This document shows, piece after piece, positions 21,658 through 32,100 of a stretch of 42,572 nt of DNA. Position numbers and translations under genes: made by a program. Each line of letters opens with the position of its first letter. The stretch's first letter is position 1. The notes under the pieces were generated by a model. The model had not been told where the DNA came from and searched no databases. It saw nothing but the letters and a program-made list of their open reading frames with translations. The stretch covers positions 1-42,572 of the IMG/VR virus record IMGVR_UViG_3300045988_038154. One strand, 5' to 3'. Source of the DNA: a virus.

Positions 21658-21889
21658 TTAATCTTGCTTTGGTTCGTGGTAGCCCAAGGCTTGCTCACTG
21701 TCTCCAAGACCCTTAGTGGTTGGGTCAGTTACGATACCCAAGATTACCAAAATCACAACGAAAGTATTAACTCCCTCTTGAATGTTGCTAGGGATATTAA
21801 GTCCAAACTGTTGCAACATCAAAAAAGATTGCTGAGATAAGAGCTACTAGAGTAGCTTTGTTTTGCAAACGTAGTTTAAAGTTAATCAT
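21658..21889 (-). pseudogene. phiLC3/LL-H-type holin interrupted by a +1 nt frameshift in a homopolymer
   Basis: MINFKLRLQNKATLVALISAIF stops 8 codons after the T6 run (plus-strand A6 at 21821..21826). The other frame continues LMLQQFGLNIPSNIQEGVNTFVVILVILGIVTDPTTKGLGDSEQALGYHEPKQD. The span is 232 nt, i.e. 3n+1. Confidence 0.7.
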
Positions 21890-22301
21890 TTTCTTCTTCC
21901 TCCTCAATTAAGTTAAATTTATCTTTATCAATATTTTTTTTGACATATCTGTCAATAAAGGGAATTTCAACCCCTAGAGCTGACAAACTAGCAAGGATAC
22001 TAGCACCGTAAGCTGATAACACGGAAAAAATAAACGCATCCATAGCACCACCTAAGTTCATGTAAACCATGAACGGGTATGATACTGCTACGATAATTAA
22101 CATAGCTGTATGGCTAACCAATCCCTTTCGAAATCTACGGCTTGAAAATTCATGATAAGCCCACGCTCTGGATACTCCCAAAACAATGTCAGCTACGATA
22201 ACCAACATAAGTAGGAATACCCAAAGATGTTCGTCTATGCCATGTTCGTAGAAATCTTTGACGACTTCAAAGACGCCAAAGATGCCGTCTGGTTTCTGCA
22301 T
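21882..22301 (-). CDS. Holin (multi-TM, 139 aa)
   Basis: Several hydrophobic helices, a charged C-terminus EEEEEND, and a position upstream of the lysin. Confidence 0.75.
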   Translation of the reverse strand: MQKPDGIFGVFEVVKDFYEHGIDEHLWVFLLMLVIVADIVLGVSRAWAYHEFSSRRFRKGLVSHTAMLIIVAVSYPFMVYMNLGGAMDAFIFSVLSAYGASILASLSALGVEIPFIDRYVKKNIDKDKFNLIEEEEEND

Positions 22302-22304
22302 CTA

Positions 22305-22559
22305 TCACGCTCCTGTAGTAGTATCAGCCAAAATCTCATCTTCTACTTTGTAACGCAAGTCACGTAGAGCACGTTCGTCTGTACGCATTTCTTGACGATG
22401 TTTAGCGTAGAGTTCAGCGTTTAGAAGATTCTCTTGGACAGTAGAGACTGCATTGGAATCTACACTAATGAGTGTCTGTTTAACAAGGATTGTAGCCCCT
22501 TCTTCTTCGACGTTAAATTCTGCATTGATTGTGCGTTGTTTTGTAATTTTAAGTGACAT
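22305..22559 (-). CDS. Hypothetical protein between the tail fibre and the holins
   Basis: The likely start is MSLKITKQ after AAAGGAAAAA; the track ORF runs to 22637 and overlaps the fibre gene. Confidence 0.6.
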   Translation of the reverse strand: MSLKITKQRTINAEFNVEEEGATILVKQTLISVDSNAVSTVQENLLNAELYAKHRQEMRTDERALRDLRYKVEDEILADTTTGA

Positions 22560-22575
22560 ATTATTTTTTCCTTTC

Positions 22576-24618
22576 TTAATTTGGATAATTGTCTTCAGTG
22601 ATATAAGTGATCGTGCCGTTGTAAACTGCTTTAGCATCGGACTGATTTGTTAGATTAATGTTCCCGTTAGGCAATAAATGCCATGTTGCTACGCCTACTT
22701 GATTTCCACCTATGTTTTTACTGGCGTTCAAATTCGTTTCGACGGCTGGTCTAAAACCTTCTGGCATTTTCTCGTTAAGTTCTTTGTACTCTATTCCACC
22801 TAGCGTCGAATAGATACCACGAACCAAACTGCACATAACTGTGTTCCCTTTTCTAACCATGTTAGCTTTAACGCCAAACCCCATATCGACTTCTTTCTTT
22901 ACCAGAGCCGGTTCTGGCTTTTCCGGTTTCTCTGGTTTGGGCGTGTACTCAATCCATGAACCATTAGAATTGTTGGTTACTGTCCGTTTAAACATACGAC
23001 CAGATATAGTCGTTAATGTTTGATGGTATCCAGAAACACTTTCCACGACTTGCAAATAAGCCCCCTCGCCCGATGCTGGATGGTTTCGGTAGTTCCCTAG
23101 AATCGAATAGAAACCAGTGGTTCTATAGTCGTTTAGGTTATCCACTTTAGTATCTATGGCTGCACCATTTGGTTCAGTCAATTTGTGGTGCTGAATCTGC
23201 TTGCGGTTTGAATAAATCAACCCGTCAACATCCAAAGCTCCACGCTCACGGTATTTATTAATTCCGATACCTTCTTTATCGTAGGACATTACGATTCGGT
23301 CACTCGGTACAGTAACTTGAAACGATACGCTAGTAAACTTATCTTCTAACTTACCGACCACAATGTAGGATGTATCGGCTGGGTACGAATTACCGAGGTT
23401 TGCGTTTGATGCGCTAAACTCTGAAACCTGCGACCATGTTCCACCAGCTCCACCGTTGTCGATTGTTTCGGTATCAGAATCAACTTTTCGTGTGGTGAAT
23501 GTTAACTTCATCGGGTTCTTCTGGACACCATTAACCATAAGCGGTGCTACTTTGGCAAAACGTTTAATGGTAAGCGTGCTATTGGTTGCACCACTCCTAG
23601 TTGCTTCAAATTTCAACGTTGGACTGAAGTAATTTAAAACAGTGATGGTCGTTTCGTATGAATCAGACCTAATCCCTCGACTATCCTCAACATAGCCCCT
23701 TAACGTGAATTGTGTATCTTTGTTAACGGATATTTCACGAAAAGTTCCGTTAGGTGCAGAAATCGTGTTATTGTTTCCGACAATCTCCATGAAATAGCCC
23801 GTGATAGATGCTCCGTACCTTACTTGAACATTTTCAAAACGTGCATAGATTTTGGATAACACGGAAACAAAGTGTCTATCCGATTGAGTAATATTCCTTG
23901 TCAATTCAGTGGCATCCGCTAATGCAATCCTAGAGAATGTGGGCTTAACTCTATTCAATGACAAACCAACAGTGAATGTTTTTGATTGCGTATTGATTAG
24001 TTTTCCGTCAACGTAAGTATCTAGGAATATCGTTCCCCAACCACTTGAACTATTCGGGATGTCGTTAGCAAAACTGTCTGGAATCGTCCATTTATACGAT
24101 GTGTCAATATTGTCTGCCAGTTTTCCTTCAAGACCATACCATGAGTAGCGTAGTGTGTGCTTGGCTGAAGCCACTCTTTTAGCAATAGAAAAATTCACGC
24201 TATCCCCCAGAATTACGTTGCTAGGCATGGTTAAGACACTAGCGTTGGTAATCGGGTCAAGGGTAATAGCGTATGGACCGACGTTTAAATCTCCCGGACC
24301 TTGTGGGCTGTAACAATAGAAAAACGCCTTTGAACCAAATACGTTCTTGCCGTTCGTGTGTTCAACTTCGATGGTTTTATCGATTAGTTGTGTTTCTGAA
24401 TTTTGTCTTGAAACCTCTAAATGGTTAGTGTCACCAATATATTGACCAAACGCATCAACATACCACTTACACATTCCTCTTGGAAACGTTTGATTAGTAT
24501 TAAACAAAACTAATCTAATGCGGACAGTAGAACTATTTTTTTCGACATTCTGACTAACTTGGTCAATCGTCATTTTGATGCGAAAACCTTTGTCGGTATT
24601 CGACCAATATTCTTCCAT
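22576..24618 (-). CDS. Tail fibre / receptor-binding protein (DUF859-like N-terminus)
   Basis: Position after the tail-tip genes. The N-terminus FRIKMTIDQVSQNVEKNSSTVRIRLVL is typical of siphovirus DUF859 proteins (family from memory). Confidence 0.7.
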   Translation of the reverse strand: MEEYWSNTDKGFRIKMTIDQVSQNVEKNSSTVRIRLVLFNTNQTFPRGMCKWYVDAFGQYIGDTNHLEVSRQNSETQLIDKTIEVEHTNGKNVFGSKAFFYCYSPQGPGDLNVGPYAITLDPITNASVLTMPSNVILGDSVNFSIAKRVASAKHTLRYSWYGLEGKLADNIDTSYKWTIPDSFANDIPNSSSGWGTIFLDTYVDGKLINTQSKTFTVGLSLNRVKPTFSRIALADATELTRNITQSDRHFVSVLSKIYARFENVQVRYGASITGYFMEIVGNNNTISAPNGTFREISVNKDTQFTLRGYVEDSRGIRSDSYETTITVLNYFSPTLKFEATRSGATNSTLTIKRFAKVAPLMVNGVQKNPMKLTFTTRKVDSDTETIDNGGAGGTWSQVSEFSASNANLGNSYPADTSYIVVGKLEDKFTSVSFQVTVPSDRIVMSYDKEGIGINKYRERGALDVDGLIYSNRKQIQHHKLTEPNGAAIDTKVDNLNDYRTTGFYSILGNYRNHPASGEGAYLQVVESVSGYHQTLTTISGRMFKRTVTNNSNGSWIEYTPKPEKPEKPEPALVKKEVDMGFGVKANMVRKGNTVMCSLVRGIYSTLGGIEYKELNEKMPEGFRPAVETNLNASKNIGGNQVGVATWHLLPNGNINLTNQSDAKAVYNGTITYITEDNYPN

Positions 24619-24619
24619 C

Positions 24620-27541
24620 TTACTTACCTCCTACATATCTGATTACGTTACGGTCTGGATTAATGAAATCTTGTTCTTCCCTAAAACGACCAATCTGGAT
24701 AGTTTTTGAGAAAATACCATTCTCGATGTGAATCACACCTTTAGAAATATACATAACCTCATTACCGGCTGAGAACATTGAAATGCGTCCATTTGGGCTG
24801 AACAGCATAGAACTAGAGTTATCGGTTTTACCAATGACAAGCCCTTCGTTTGATGAGGTCATGTAGCTGTCGATGAAGTTCCAGCGCTCTGACATGTCGC
24901 TTAGATTGTTTTCTAGCTTAGCCACACGGGCGCTTGCGTCAGCCAAGTTCTTCTCAGCCTGCGCCCGATTAGCGTTATTTGCATTAACGAAATCTTGATA
25001 GGCTTTGACCCATTGGTTGAGCGTGTCAAGAGATGCTTTGGCTTCAAGCTCGGCTTGTACCACAGAATTAACTTCGTTGAGCTTATTGAGCTGTGCTTGT
25101 GTCAAAACTTGGTCGGCTTTGGAATCGATGCCATCCTGTACATCTTCAATCGCAGGGGTCCAGTCCGTTTTGACTGTTCCTTTTTCGATTTTTACTTCCC
25201 AAACAGATTTGCTAGCCGTTTTGTGATATGTATTGACCCGTAGATGATAATTTCCTGTCGGTTTATTCCAAGTAACTAGCGTTCCTGTAGTTCCAGTCTT
25301 CAAATCGGATACAATCTGATAATTTTGGTATTTATCATCAATCAACCAAAGTGTCACATTATCGCTTTCGATATTTGGGTTGTGCAAAGCAGTAAAATTA
25401 CCGTCTGATTTTGCGCTAATAAGATATTTTTGATTTTGCTCTAAGAAGATAGAAGTTTCGGTTTTGTATAAAACATTATTATCAAAATTCGTTGGTTTTC
25501 TGTCGGGGTTAAAAGGCCCTTTCGAACCTTTTAAGAGATTCCGACCACCAACTGAAACACTGCCAGCCGTGTCATTCCACGAATAGTCGGCTGGATTAGT
25601 GCTATTTGCTTTGTCAAAGTCAGTACATATCCCTAGATATCGCTTAGTGCCGTCTTGCGTAAAACTGAAACCAGTGCGACCATCGGCACTATCGGCATAA
25701 GCAAAATGGACGTAAGGTGTTCGTCCGTCTGCTCCTGCTTTACCCGGTATACCATCACGCCCATCGCTACCCTTCCACTTGGACCAGCGATAGTCTTGTG
25801 GGTTTCGGCTATCCGTAGTATTGAAATCTTGGTACATGCCGATAAACGCCTTGTCAGTGTCGGTTTGGCTGAAACCACTACCAGAGACCGTGTCAGCGTA
25901 TGCTATGTGGGTGTACTGTGTTTTACCATCAGCACCCTTAACACCAGGGATACCTTGGTCACCTTTTGGACCTTGTAAGCCTTGTAAACCACGTTCGCCC
26001 TGCAATCCTCTGTCACCTTTTGGGCCTGCTGGCCCTGGGTCGCCTTTATCTCCCTTGACACCATTTCGGCCATCGGAGACATTTAAAAAAGTAACCTCTT
26101 CCGAAGCTACTTCCTTGTTGTCTACCCAGGCTGAAACCGTTAAGGCTGTCGGTTGGGTAATCTGAGATGCTACCATATCATAGGTCATACCCGCATACTT
26201 AATAGCACCATCGATAACGAAACGCCATGTAGCGTTAACCACTCTATTGCCTTGCTTTAAGACGGGTCGAACAGTCGAACGACCAACACCGTTCTTAAAC
26301 ACTGTACCATTCGTTGTCGTGATCTCGACACGGTATGGCAGAGATTTAGAAACAATCTCATCAATGCGTTGTTGTAAACTACCAGACGGTTTATTGTCCA
26401 GCTTTCTGAAGTTGGTAAACACCACTGAGTTATTAAGTGGCATATCAAAACTGATTACCATTTCAGACACACGAGCCTCAAGGGCTAACCCACCTCTGAA
26501 ATTATTATTAATAATCTTAACAGTGTCGCCTAAATTAATATCCTTGTAGTTTTCAATAAAGCTAGATTGAATATCAACGGTGTAGGTCAATAGCGGGTAA
26601 GCGTACTGCTTGATGGTACGCAAGGCGTAACCTTTTAAAGCATTGACATCCTTGTATTCGGTTTCAAAGTCCTTACGTGTCCATCTATCCGTATCACTAT
26701 CTTTCAGTGTAGACGGGTATTTCTCCATAGACAGCGGTGCATAGACCATCGGACTACCTTTTCTAGAGTAAAACTCTACTTGCCCACGCTCGTTCTTTTC
26801 CTCAAACTCTACGTTTTCAAGGTTAGCGCCCTCTTGTCCTACAAAATATCCAGCGTTAAATAGTTGAGTTTTATCACTAGCAACTTGGACACCTTTTAGC
26901 CCATTTTGGTAGTAAAGAATAACATCCCCTCGGACCTTACCGATGCCGTGGTGATTTTCGTCTGGTTGCTGATAGATATCGATGATGAATCGCTTTAAAG
27001 TTCCATCTCGATTTAGCTCGGTACGAAAAACAAATTCAGCGTCGAATTGATTCATCAAGCTATGAAGTTGTTCTAACTTAGTACCATTTTGAGAATCAAA
27101 CGTGATAGTCCTTGTTTTATCAGTGATTTCATTGATACCAATTTCAAGACCAGCATTCCCTAACAAGTCCAGCTCCTTTAAATACCAAGCAATATTCTGT
27201 GGTTTATCCGCCTTACGAGACTGTGCAGATTCCATTGCTAACTCAAGGTTAGTGTTGTTACAAGTCACTTGAAAGCTCGTGTCGTTTTCAACAAGTTGCG
27301 ACACATAGAAAACGTGATAGGTATTATCGTAGAAGAATGACACATACATTTGATCATTGATGTAAGCTACATCCTCGTGCATTTTACCATTCACAATTTT
27401 AGGGATTGCAAAATCGAATGTACTGGTTGAATACTCAAGGTAAGTGTGCCATTGACTGTTAGAATAGGGCAACATGCCCGGAACGTTATTGTTTAGGGCA
27501 CAAACCTTACGCATGTTTTTGTCATGAATCCAAATTTGCAT
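24620..27541 (-). CDS. Tail-associated protein / antireceptor with collagen-like repeats
   Basis: N-terminal prophage-tail domain; Gly-X-Y run [49 protein letters not shown]. The start MQIWIHD overlaps the Dit stop as TAATG. Confidence 0.8.
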   Translation of the reverse strand: MQIWIHDKNMRKVCALNNNVPGMLPYSNSQWHTYLEYSTSTFDFAIPKIVNGKMHEDVAYINDQMYVSFFYDNTYHVFYVSQLVENDTSFQVTCNNTNLELAMESAQSRKADKPQNIAWYLKELDLLGNAGLEIGINEITDKTRTITFDSQNGTKLEQLHSLMNQFDAEFVFRTELNRDGTLKRFIIDIYQQPDENHHGIGKVRGDVILYYQNGLKGVQVASDKTQLFNAGYFVGQEGANLENVEFEEKNERGQVEFYSRKGSPMVYAPLSMEKYPSTLKDSDTDRWTRKDFETEYKDVNALKGYALRTIKQYAYPLLTYTVDIQSSFIENYKDINLGDTVKIINNNFRGGLALEARVSEMVISFDMPLNNSVVFTNFRKLDNKPSGSLQQRIDEIVSKSLPYRVEITTTNGTVFKNGVGRSTVRPVLKQGNRVVNATWRFVIDGAIKYAGMTYDMVASQITQPTALTVSAWVDNKEVASEEVTFLNVSDGRNGVKGDKGDPGPAGPKGDRGLQGERGLQGLQGPKGDQGIPGVKGADGKTQYTHIAYADTVSGSGFSQTDTDKAFIGMYQDFNTTDSRNPQDYRWSKWKGSDGRDGIPGKAGADGRTPYVHFAYADSADGRTGFSFTQDGTKRYLGICTDFDKANSTNPADYSWNDTAGSVSVGGRNLLKGSKGPFNPDRKPTNFDNNVLYKTETSIFLEQNQKYLISAKSDGNFTALHNPNIESDNVTLWLIDDKYQNYQIVSDLKTGTTGTLVTWNKPTGNYHLRVNTYHKTASKSVWEVKIEKGTVKTDWTPAIEDVQDGIDSKADQVLTQAQLNKLNEVNSVVQAELEAKASLDTLNQWVKAYQDFVNANNANRAQAEKNLADASARVAKLENNLSDMSERWNFIDSYMTSSNEGLVIGKTDNSSSMLFSPNGRISMFSAGNEVMYISKGVIHIENGIFSKTIQIGRFREEQDFINPDRNVIRYVGGK

Positions 27542-29106
27542 TAAACAAAACGCTCCTTCCAAGAAATTTCAATAGTTGGGTCAGTTCTTATCCAACTAGA
27601 CGTGTAGATGTCGATTTCAGTTTCACCAGTGCCGATACTGAATGGCTCGGATAAGTAAGTTAGCTCATTAGATGCTGGCAAGTTGTCAACAAAGGTTTTG
27701 CCTTTCGACATGTCCACTTCCAACACCGAGCCTTTGCCAAATCGGTTAGGGATATCCTCGGTAGCATTGACGAAATCTTTGCGATAGCAGAATTTATCGA
27801 CATACATATGAGTTACAAGCGGACTTTGACCAACTCCGGACAATAGAACACTAACTTTTGCTGACTTACGACCTTTTAAGATAGGCACTTTGTATTTTAA
27901 GTAAGAGCCCCACCAGTAAAAGATTAATTCATCATCCCTACGTGCCATGTCTGACCACCCACGAGTTGAGTTGAATGGGTTGTGTTCGTCTAAATGCGTA
28001 CCCAGAAAATGCCTACTGTCAATAATTTGATAGCTGCCTTTGCCATCAGTAGTCATGATGTTGTAATCACAACCTAGCCCGTTTTCTTTTTTCTTAGACT
28101 CAACACCGTAAAGGAAACGACCTTGATCATCGGAAACACAGATTTTGAGATAACCATATTGGCTAGGCAAACCTAACCAAAAAACTTGTCTCCACCAGAT
28201 ATAGTCATTTAAAGAACCTCTTTCACCGCTAGAATCAACTGGAATATCCCATGAAATCGAGCCGCCTTGAAGGAATTTATTCCCATTCCCTCTTGAAGTA
28301 AGAGCGATGTTTGGGCGATTAAAGACGTCAACAATTCCAAGCGTTCCGTTCAAATCAGCACTGTTGTCGTTAAAAACACCATCGTTTTTTGAACCACTCG
28401 AAAAGCCTTTTCGAATGCCATTTTCGTCTCGATAATCTAGCAATATTTCCGAACGCTTAACGTTTTGTGTGTCAGCTTCATTAGAATTGCCAATCTCGTA
28501 GCTTTCGCTAGAAGACTTCACAATTCCAACCCAGCCATTATCCGAGTTAAACTTCAGCTTAATATCTGGGTAAGTTTCAGCCGTGCCAAAATTCTTCAAC
28601 GTGGCCTTGTAGTGTCCAGTCGATACCTTTTTAATACTTCCGTACTTGGTTTCACCGTCGCTACTTACTAGGGCTTGTGCCTTGTTCTCACCGTAGCTTT
28701 TAGGTACATCAAATGTTACCGTTACCGTTGCGGTAATCGGTGCCGTGTTCTTGTCCACTGTTAAGGACGCTTGACCAGACGGGATAGCCTCCCAGACCTT
28801 GTTAGGCTCATCGCCAAAAATCAACGGTTTAGGCTTATCTACGTTAAGATAACCGCCCAATGTTTCGGCGATGGTATTAAAGTAGTCGTAGTTTCCGACC
28901 AAGGTAAACGATACTTGAATCTGCTTGACGGACAAGGTGCTATATAGGAATTGCTGACCGTAGCGTCTACGCCCTTGGTCTTGATAGTTGTTATTGAAGT
29001 TGGATGCCACGTTCTTAGTGACATCCACTGGAACGGTACGCCCTTGCCCCTCATTAAATAATTCGGTTAAGTTCTTACCGTCAAAAATTACTGACATTCC
29101 TATCAA
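27541..29106 (-). CDS. Distal tail protein (Dit-like, extended)
   Basis: Immediately downstream of the tape measure gene; siphovirus tail-component-like N-terminus. Confidence 0.7.
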   Translation of the reverse strand: MIGMSVIFDGKNLTELFNEGQGRTVPVDVTKNVASNFNNNYQDQGRRRYGQQFLYSTLSVKQIQVSFTLVGNYDYFNTIAETLGGYLNVDKPKPLIFGDEPNKVWEAIPSGQASLTVDKNTAPITATVTVTFDVPKSYGENKAQALVSSDGETKYGSIKKVSTGHYKATLKNFGTAETYPDIKLKFNSDNGWVGIVKSSSESYEIGNSNEADTQNVKRSEILLDYRDENGIRKGFSSGSKNDGVFNDNSADLNGTLGIVDVFNRPNIALTSRGNGNKFLQGGSISWDIPVDSSGERGSLNDYIWWRQVFWLGLPSQYGYLKICVSDDQGRFLYGVESKKKENGLGCDYNIMTTDGKGSYQIIDSRHFLGTHLDEHNPFNSTRGWSDMARRDDELIFYWWGSYLKYKVPILKGRKSAKVSVLLSGVGQSPLVTHMYVDKFCYRKDFVNATEDIPNRFGKGSVLEVDMSKGKTFVDNLPASNELTYLSEPFSIGTGETEIDIYTSSWIRTDPTIEISWKERFV

Positions 29107-32100
29107 ATAATGCTACCTCCTAGCAACGCTTGTCTGCGTTCATAATCGTTTGTTGCTTTTGTCATAAAGGGTGCTAGACCGTTTGACACGCTTCTACCAT
29201 CAATGATGTTTCTAACTTCGATTGGGTTAGAACCGTTGGTTACTAATTGACCGAGTAGGTCAATCATGACATCTAACTTGTTTTCTAGGACAGAAACACG
29301 CTCATGATCTGAAGTATTGTCGTGATTGCCTTGTGGGGCATCCCCGGCAAAACGTGCCACTGCTTCAGTAAGTAATTGCCACGCTCTGCCTCGTTTTGCG
29401 ATATCCGTTGGGATGACATATTCTGGCATATCGCCTTCAGCTAGCTCATAAACACCGTTCTTGTGGACTAGGCCACCGTTAGCGTAGCCATAGGCTGCGA
29501 CACGGTTAAAGGCTGCATCCGATGTTCCATAGCGATGCTTGATGTAGTTGATTGCAGCAAGCAAGTTATCATAACCGTTGCGGATGTTGTTGTGTCCTGG
29601 GTGTTTATAAGCGTTAAATGTCGGACCGATGGTCTGCATCAAACCAATTGATGGTGTACCAGCTCTGGCGTTACTATCCCAATTGTTTTGTACGTTAGGG
29701 TCGCCACCAGATTCACGTTGGATTGTTGCCAAGATTTTAGAAACACGGAAGTCATTTGGTTCAATACCATTAGCCTTCAACGCTCTAACTACGGACTCAC
29801 GCCAACGAGAAACACCAGTTCCTTGTGGCCCATCTTCCCCACCACCCGGAGGGCTGAGCAACGAGCCAAGAGTTTTCTTAATCCATTCGAACATGCCCCC
29901 AACTTGACGTTTAATCAAGGTTTGAAGTGGACTGTTACGGTCTTTAAGTGGTTTACTGTTGTCTTCACCTCCGCCACCACTGTCACGCACTCCAAAGTCA
30001 AGGAAGGTAGCAGCGTTAGCAATATGACGGCCAGCGTATTGGTGATACTGACCATTACCGCCATAGTTGTATTCTTCACCATCATAGGTATCGCCATGAA
30101 CGGCTGTGACAAAGTCAACGTGGTTGCTTGATACTGGACCACCAGTGTAGACTGCAACCGTTCCGGGTTTAGGTCTGCTTAAGTGTGGTACGCTCGCAGA
30201 CACCCACTGATTACCGTTCCCAAGGTGACTAAATAGACTAGGTTTAACACCAAGGTTAGCCAAACGGCTGGCAACGAATGATACACACTCACGATAGAAG
30301 TAACCCCACGGGTCAGCACCAGCATCTTTAGCTTTGTCTTTGAAGCGGTAGTCATCACCTTTAGCACCCATAGCCACAGTGCCTTCATCCATAGAAGCAC
30401 TGGCCATTGACCAAAGTTCTTTCCACCAGTTCTTAGCTTCTTCGACTGGTTTCTTATACAAGGCATTACCGAGTGGGTTAAACATACCGGCCAACTTATC
30501 AGCATTAGGACTGAATTTCTTAGCAAGCGATCCCACTGGGTCTTTAACAACATCCGTGACAAACTCAATCATTTTCATGAATTTGTCAACACCATTCTTC
30601 ATAGTGTCCCACACTGAGCCAGCCACGTTAGTAGCGGTATCCCAGATTTTAGACCAGAATCCAGTACCTTTTGCAAAGGCTCCACGTTCAACACCCATGA
30701 GCATTGCTAACTCACTGGCATTAATAACTTCCGAACCAGCCGGCAAGAGGTATTCAACGTTTCGACCTTGTGGCAAGAATGACTTACCATTAGGCAGAAT
30801 TACCATTTCTTGGTTGTTGGTTTCTGGGCTATCGTAGCCGTCATTAAGTGTAGCTAACGTAGGCTTGGTGATTGGGTTTCGGTATGAGCTAAACATACCA
30901 GTACCACCGGCAAACTTAACTTTAGGGATTTTAGAGATAGCTTCTTTACTACCACCAAAATCAGAAATCAGTTTGTTAATACCGTCAATACCAGCGTTAG
31001 GCAGTGCGATGACGGCGTTGATACCGTCCCCGGCAAGTTTCTTCATGCCATCCCACATCTCGCCAAAACCTTTTTTAACGTTATCCCACGTATCTTTGAA
31101 GAATTTAGCAATGTTGGTTAAGGCGTCGGTAATTAGCTTGGTAATATTAACACCGAATTTCTCTTGCGTTAATGCTCCGATTTCATCCCACTTTTTAGAT
31201 AGGAATTTCTTAGAGTTTTCCCAGCCGTCAAACCAATTTTTATTGATGCCCTTGTGGTGTTTGTCGATATCTTTACCAAGGGCAGTCATGGCTTCCGTAG
31301 CATTACCCTTGATACCTTCCCATGTTTTAGATGCGAATTTCTTGACGTTGTCCCACTTTTCGCCCCAATCTTTTTTAAGATTACTCATGTGTTTTGCAAC
31401 GCCCTTCGCCATATCTTTAACGTGGTCCACGGTGCTATCAACAAACTTTTTGAATGGCTTGTTATGCTTGTACATCAACTCAAACCCAGCGACTACCGGA
31501 TTAGAGATTACAAGTAACTTCTTAGCAGTGTTAGTGAAGGCTTTAATGCCTTTCTCACCACCAGTGAAGTAAGTCTTGGTTTTTTCAAAACCTTTCTTGG
31601 TGCTCTTGGTCATTGAGTCCATCGCACCAGTCCAAGTTTTCTTCATGCCATCCCATGTCTTACCGAGCCATTTACCAGCGTTAGAAAAACCGTCTTTGAT
31701 ACTTTTCACAATACCATCAACGAATTTCTTGAATTTCTTATTGTGCTTGTAAATTAAAGCGAAAGCCCCAGCAATCGGATTGGCAATAAATAAAAGGACT
31801 TGTTTCCAGTCCTTTTTAAAGAAATCAATAATCTTACCAAAGATTTCTTTGGTAACTTTGAAGATTTTATCAAAGGCTTTTTTAGCAGCGCTAAACATGC
31901 CATCAACAAATTTCTTGAATTTCTTGTTGTGTTTATAGAGCAATACCAATGCAGCGACAGCCGCTGCTACCGCAACAGCGATTAACCCGATGGGATTTGC
32001 TGCCATTGCTGCGTTCAATGCTACTTGCACCCCCGTCGCAATTTTTTGGGCGGCAGCCATAGCTTTTTGGGCGACAGTCATAGCTATCGTTGAATTTTTC

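Noticed and set aside
24620-27541. Diversity-generating retroelement targeting the tail fibre
   Set aside because: The window contains no reverse transcriptase ORF and no template/variable repeat pair.
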